DNA from: Acidobacteriota bacterium
GTDB lineage: Bacteria > Acidobacteriota > UBA6911 > RPQK01 > JAJDTT01
DNA length: 64,000 nucleotides
Direction: 5' to 3'
Assembly (NCBI GenBank): GCA_965217775.1
Contig: CBDCJH010000002.1
Location: 1,696,001 to 1,760,000, forward strand
The notes under the pieces: model-generated
Told to the model about the DNA's origin: nothing
The model's input: only the letters and a program-made list of their open reading frames with translations
The model's database searches: none
Shown: one piece after another, positions 60,568 through 64,000 of the stretch
Layout of the letters: every line of letters begins with the position of its first letter
Numbering within the stretch: position 1 is the stretch's first letter
Translations under genes and position numbers: made by a program

Positions 60568-62028
60568 ATGCGATATTTGTCGGTGGACGAGACCTCCGAA
60601 ACGCGATTGGAGTTCATCCCCTCTCCCGAGGTTTCCCCCTGGACCTATTCCGGCCTCCAATTGACACGGTGGACCGAGCGCTATGCCGCCACCCTCCACC
60701 GGAGAGGGCTTCGGGCCGGCGATCGGGTCGCCCTGCATCTGCCGAACTCTCCGGAGCTGGTCGTGGCGCTTCTGGGCAACCACCTGCTGGGCGTGGTGAC
60801 GGTCCCGGTGACTTCCGCGGCCACGTTGCAGGAATTGGAGTACGTGGCGGGCCGGGCCGAGATTTCAGGGCTCGTCGGGTCCGATCCCTACCCCGGCCGG
60901 GTGGGAATGCAACTCTTGAAGGAAGAGTTCTGGGACACTCTGCAGGAACAAGATGGCGGCTTCCCGGAAGCGGAAGATCCGGAGGCCCCGGCCCTGCTCT
61001 GCTTCACCTCCGGGACCACCGCGCGCCCCAAGGGAGTCCTCCTGACCCACCGAAACATCCGGAGCAACCTGGAGGATCTGATTCAGGTCTGGCAATGGTC
61101 CCGGGCGGACCGCCTCTTGTTGACCCTGCCGCTGTTCCATGTTCACGGACTGGTCGTGGCCCTTCATGGATGGGCCATGACGGGGTGCCAAGCGATCCTC
61201 ACCCGGAAGTTTAATCCGGCTCAGGTCCTGGATCTGTTGACCCGGAAGGGCTGCACGCTGTTCATGGGTGTGCCCACCATGTACCACCGAATGGTGTCCG
61301 CCTTCGATCCGCGGGTCCACAACTTCGACACTCTACGCCTGGCCATCAGCGGGTCCGCTCCCATGTCGGTGGAACTGCACCGGATGTGCCGCGAAATGAC
61401 CGGTCAGACCATCCTGGAACGATACGGGATGACGGAGACCATCATGAACACGTCCAACCCCTTCCATGGGCGTCTCCCCGGATCGGTCGGATTTCCCCTG
61501 CCCTCGGTTCAACTCCGCCTGATCGACGACCAGATGAGGGAGATCCGGGAAGACAAGCGGATCGGGGAAGTCTGCGTGCGCGGCCCCAACGTGTTTGGCG
61601 GCTACTGGAAAGATCCGGAGGCGACATCCAAGGCCTTTCTGGGGGATTGGCTGCGCACTGGAGACGCCGGGTACCGTGACGAAAACGGTTACTACCACCT
61701 GGTGGGCCGCCTGAGCGTCGACCTGATCAAATCGGGTGGCTATCGCATCGGCTCCCGGGAGGTGGAGGACGTCCTGGAGCGTCACCCGGGAGTCCGCGAA
61801 GTGGCGGTGGTCGGACTGCCCGACCCGGACCTGGGAGAGAAGGTGGCGGCGTTCGTGGTGACCGATGGGACGGCCGGCCAGGAGGACCTGGCGGCTCATT
61901 GCCGATCCGCGCTGGCTCTCTTCAAGTGTCCCCGATTGTTCCTCATCGTCGATTCCCTGCCTCGAAACGCCATGGGAAAGGTCACCAAGTCAGTCCTCAA
62001 GACCACGCCGCACGATGGATCGGCGTAG
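60568..62028 (+). CDS. Acyl-CoA synthetase, malonyl-CoA synthetase (MatB)-like
   Basis: TSGTTARPKG, LPLFHVHG, ERYGMTE, TGD, RNAMGKV. Confidence 0.85.
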   Translation: MRYLSVDETSETRLEFIPSPEVSPWTYSGLQLTRWTERYAATLHRRGLRAGDRVALHLPNSPELVVALLGNHLLGVVTVPVTSAATLQELEYVAGRAEISGLVGSDPYPGRVGMQLLKEEFWDTLQEQDGGFPEAEDPEAPALLCFTSGTTARPKGVLLTHRNIRSNLEDLIQVWQWSRADRLLLTLPLFHVHGLVVALHGWAMTGCQAILTRKFNPAQVLDLLTRKGCTLFMGVPTMYHRMVSAFDPRVHNFDTLRLAISGSAPMSVELHRMCREMTGQTILERYGMTETIMNTSNPFHGRLPGSVGFPLPSVQLRLIDDQMREIREDKRIGEVCVRGPNVFGGYWKDPEATSKAFLGDWLRTGDAGYRDENGYYHLVGRLSVDLIKSGGYRIGSREVEDVLERHPGVREVAVVGLPDPDLGEKVAAFVVTDGTAGQEDLAAHCRSALALFKCPRLFLIVDSLPRNAMGKVTKSVLKTTPHDGSA

Positions 62029-62052
62029 GGGCACCCCTTGTGTGGTCGCCCT
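62025..62052 (+). repeat. Possible GTAG-family REP element
   Basis: GTAG followed by an imperfect GGGC..GCCC palindrome overlapping the stop codon; single copy in the window. Confidence 0.35.
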
Positions 62053-62127
62053 CTTTCCACTCTTCTCCATCCTCGCAACGTAGTAGACTGACGGACGCCG
62101 AACCCGAGACGCAGAAAGGATTACGCC

Positions 62128-62769
62128 ATGTTTAAACGTATTTCCGTTCTCACGGCACTGATCTTGTGTGCTTCCCCGGCCCAGAGCGCTCCACAGTTGG
62201 GAGGCAAGCCGGCAAAGGAATGGATCAAGTCGCTGGAACGGCCCGAACGCCTCGCCAAGCTCAAGGCCGACGAGGTCATGGCCCAACTGAACCTGAAACC
62301 GGGTGACCTGGTGGCGGATATCGGCGCCGGCAGCGGTGTCTACAGTTGGCCCCTGGCTCGGGCCGTGGCCCCCGGAGGTACGTTGTTCGCAGTCGAGGTG
62401 GATCAGGGTTTTGTCGATTTCATCCGAGAGGGCGCGCAGAAGAGAGGCTTGGACAACGTCTTCCCCGTGTTGGGAGAGTTCACCGATCCCAGGTTACCGG
62501 TTCGGAACCTGGACCTGGCCTTCTTTCACAACGTGCTGCACCACATCGAGGGGCGCCAAGCCTATCTTGAAACGCTCTCCGGGTATCTGAAGCCGAGTGC
62601 ACGTATCGTCATCATCGACCTGATCGAGGGACACAAAGAGCCCGAAATGAAGATGACCCTGGATCAGGTCAAGGATTGGATGGCCGCCATCGGCTTCCGA
62701 ATGACCGGAGAATACCCCGTCTTCGAGGATCGCTTCTTCGCCGTCTTTTCCCGGGGACCGGCCTCCTGA
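62128..62769 (+). CDS. Class I SAM-dependent methyltransferase with signal peptide
   Basis: VADIGAGSG, AVEVD, VLHH; N-terminus MFKRISVLTALILCASPAQS. Confidence 0.85.
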   Translation: MFKRISVLTALILCASPAQSAPQLGGKPAKEWIKSLERPERLAKLKADEVMAQLNLKPGDLVADIGAGSGVYSWPLARAVAPGGTLFAVEVDQGFVDFIREGAQKRGLDNVFPVLGEFTDPRLPVRNLDLAFFHNVLHHIEGRQAYLETLSGYLKPSARIVIIDLIEGHKEPEMKMTLDQVKDWMAAIGFRMTGEYPVFEDRFFAVFSRGPAS

Positions 62770-62800
62770 TGCCTGCGGGCAGGTTCAAGCTGCCGGAGTT

Positions 62801-63889
62801 TCAAGCGAAGGTGGACTTGTTGAACACGTAGGGCATCTTGGACGGATCCCCTCCGTAATTCCCTTCCAGGACGTCGATGATTCCCTGGGCGGTTCGACCC
62901 GCCATGCCCAGGTCCGGATCACCCGAGAGCCGAGTTCGCCGTCCGGCGCTGGCAAAGTGGTGAAAAATGCGCAACCGGTCTTCCAGGTCCGCGTCTTGCA
63001 TCGGCGAGTCGATCGGAAGCGGCTCCTGCTCGAAGACATCCAAGGCGGCGCCGGCGATCTGACCCTGGCGGAGGGCCCGGACCAACGCATCGGGGTCCAC
63101 GACAGGACCCCGGGAGGTGTTGATGAGATAAGCCGTCGGTTTCATTATTTCCAACGCCTCGTCATCGATGAGATGGTGGGTTTCGGGCGTGAGAGGGACG
63201 TGCAGGCTGATGTAGTCTGCCTGGCGGAAAGCCTCCTCGAATGAGGTCCAACGGATGGTGGCCCGGCGATTCGACAAGCCCTGCTCGTACTTGAAGTCGA
63301 AGAGTGCCTGCACCGAATTCACGAATGACCGATCCTCCGGCAAGAGGTCACAACAAAGGATGTCGGCGTCCAGCCCGGTGCACTTGAGCAGAAAGGCCCG
63401 CCCGATGCGCCCGGTCCCGATCACGGCGACCGTCTTGCCCGTGACCTCGTCTCCCAGGAAAGGGAGATAGGGATGCCAGGTCTCCCAGCGGCCTTCCCGG
63501 ACCAGCCGCTCACTCGGGTACAGCTTTCGCGAAACGCAACCCATGATGAAGAAAGCGAATTCGGCCGTGGCATCGGTCAGCACCACGGCCGTATGAGTGT
63601 AGGGCACCCGGTACTTGCGGGCCGCCGCTTCGTCGATATTGTCGACACCCACGGCAATCTGGGAAACCACCTTCAAGGTGCCCTCACCCGCCTGGAACAC
63701 CTCCTCATCGATGGGGTCGCGCAGCGTGGTGATGAGCCCGTCGATTCCCGACGCGACCTTTTCCACGATCAGCGCCTTCGGCGGAGGCTCGACTTCGGGA
63801 TAAACTTCGACCTGGTAGCCCCGATCCGTCAGGCGCTTGATCCCTTCTTCTCCAATGTCACAGGTTGCGTAGATGCGATAACTCTTCAT
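62801..63889 (-). CDS. D-2-hydroxyacid dehydrogenase (glycerate dehydrogenase / glyoxylate reductase-like)
   Basis: AVGVDNID, GTGRIG, INTSRGPVVD, ALDVFEQEP; start ATG 63889. Confidence 0.88.
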   Translation of the reverse strand: MKSYRIYATCDIGEEGIKRLTDRGYQVEVYPEVEPPPKALIVEKVASGIDGLITTLRDPIDEEVFQAGEGTLKVVSQIAVGVDNIDEAAARKYRVPYTHTAVVLTDATAEFAFFIMGCVSRKLYPSERLVREGRWETWHPYLPFLGDEVTGKTVAVIGTGRIGRAFLLKCTGLDADILCCDLLPEDRSFVNSVQALFDFKYEQGLSNRRATIRWTSFEEAFRQADYISLHVPLTPETHHLIDDEALEIMKPTAYLINTSRGPVVDPDALVRALRQGQIAGAALDVFEQEPLPIDSPMQDADLEDRLRIFHHFASAGRRTRLSGDPDLGMAGRTAQGIIDVLEGNYGGDPSKMPYVFNKSTFA

Positions 63890-64000
63890 CTGGCATTCGA
63901 CTCCCGTTTCTAGCTTCTCTCCGAATCGAGGCCTGGTGTCAGACCATAGCCGGCCACTTCGCCAATGCCGTCTGCATTCTCCGGACACCCTTTTCCAGCA

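Overview
GC-rich bacterial chromosomal window, probably Acidobacteriota (inferred from gene content and protein style only). It is mostly core genes: the 3' end of an rRNA operon (23S end, 5S), mutL, aspS, hisS, accA, dnaE, guaA, uppP, a nitrogen-control block (glnD-glnB opposite glnA-glnE-pyc), miaB, recN, a complete tol-pal-cpoB operon, ssb, tsaB, mutS, tsaC, rarA and dacB. Features the ORF track misses: a XerC/D dif site at 27247-27274 with an apparent KOPS polarity switch, only 27 kb from the rRNA operon; a 6S-like structured RNA between hisS and accA; and two families of ~158 bp foldback MITEs with 4-bp NTAN target duplications. The main accessory feature is a 9-gene corrinoid/folate methyl-transfer cluster (46893-54396). 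It encodes an MtaA/CmuA-type methyltransferase, a pterin-binding methyltransferase, a corrinoid protein, a RACE activator, MetV, MetF and three uncharacterised proteins. It lacks a homocysteine-binding module, so it is a candidate catabolic demethylation system for an unknown substrate. All calls are by eye; no searches were run.
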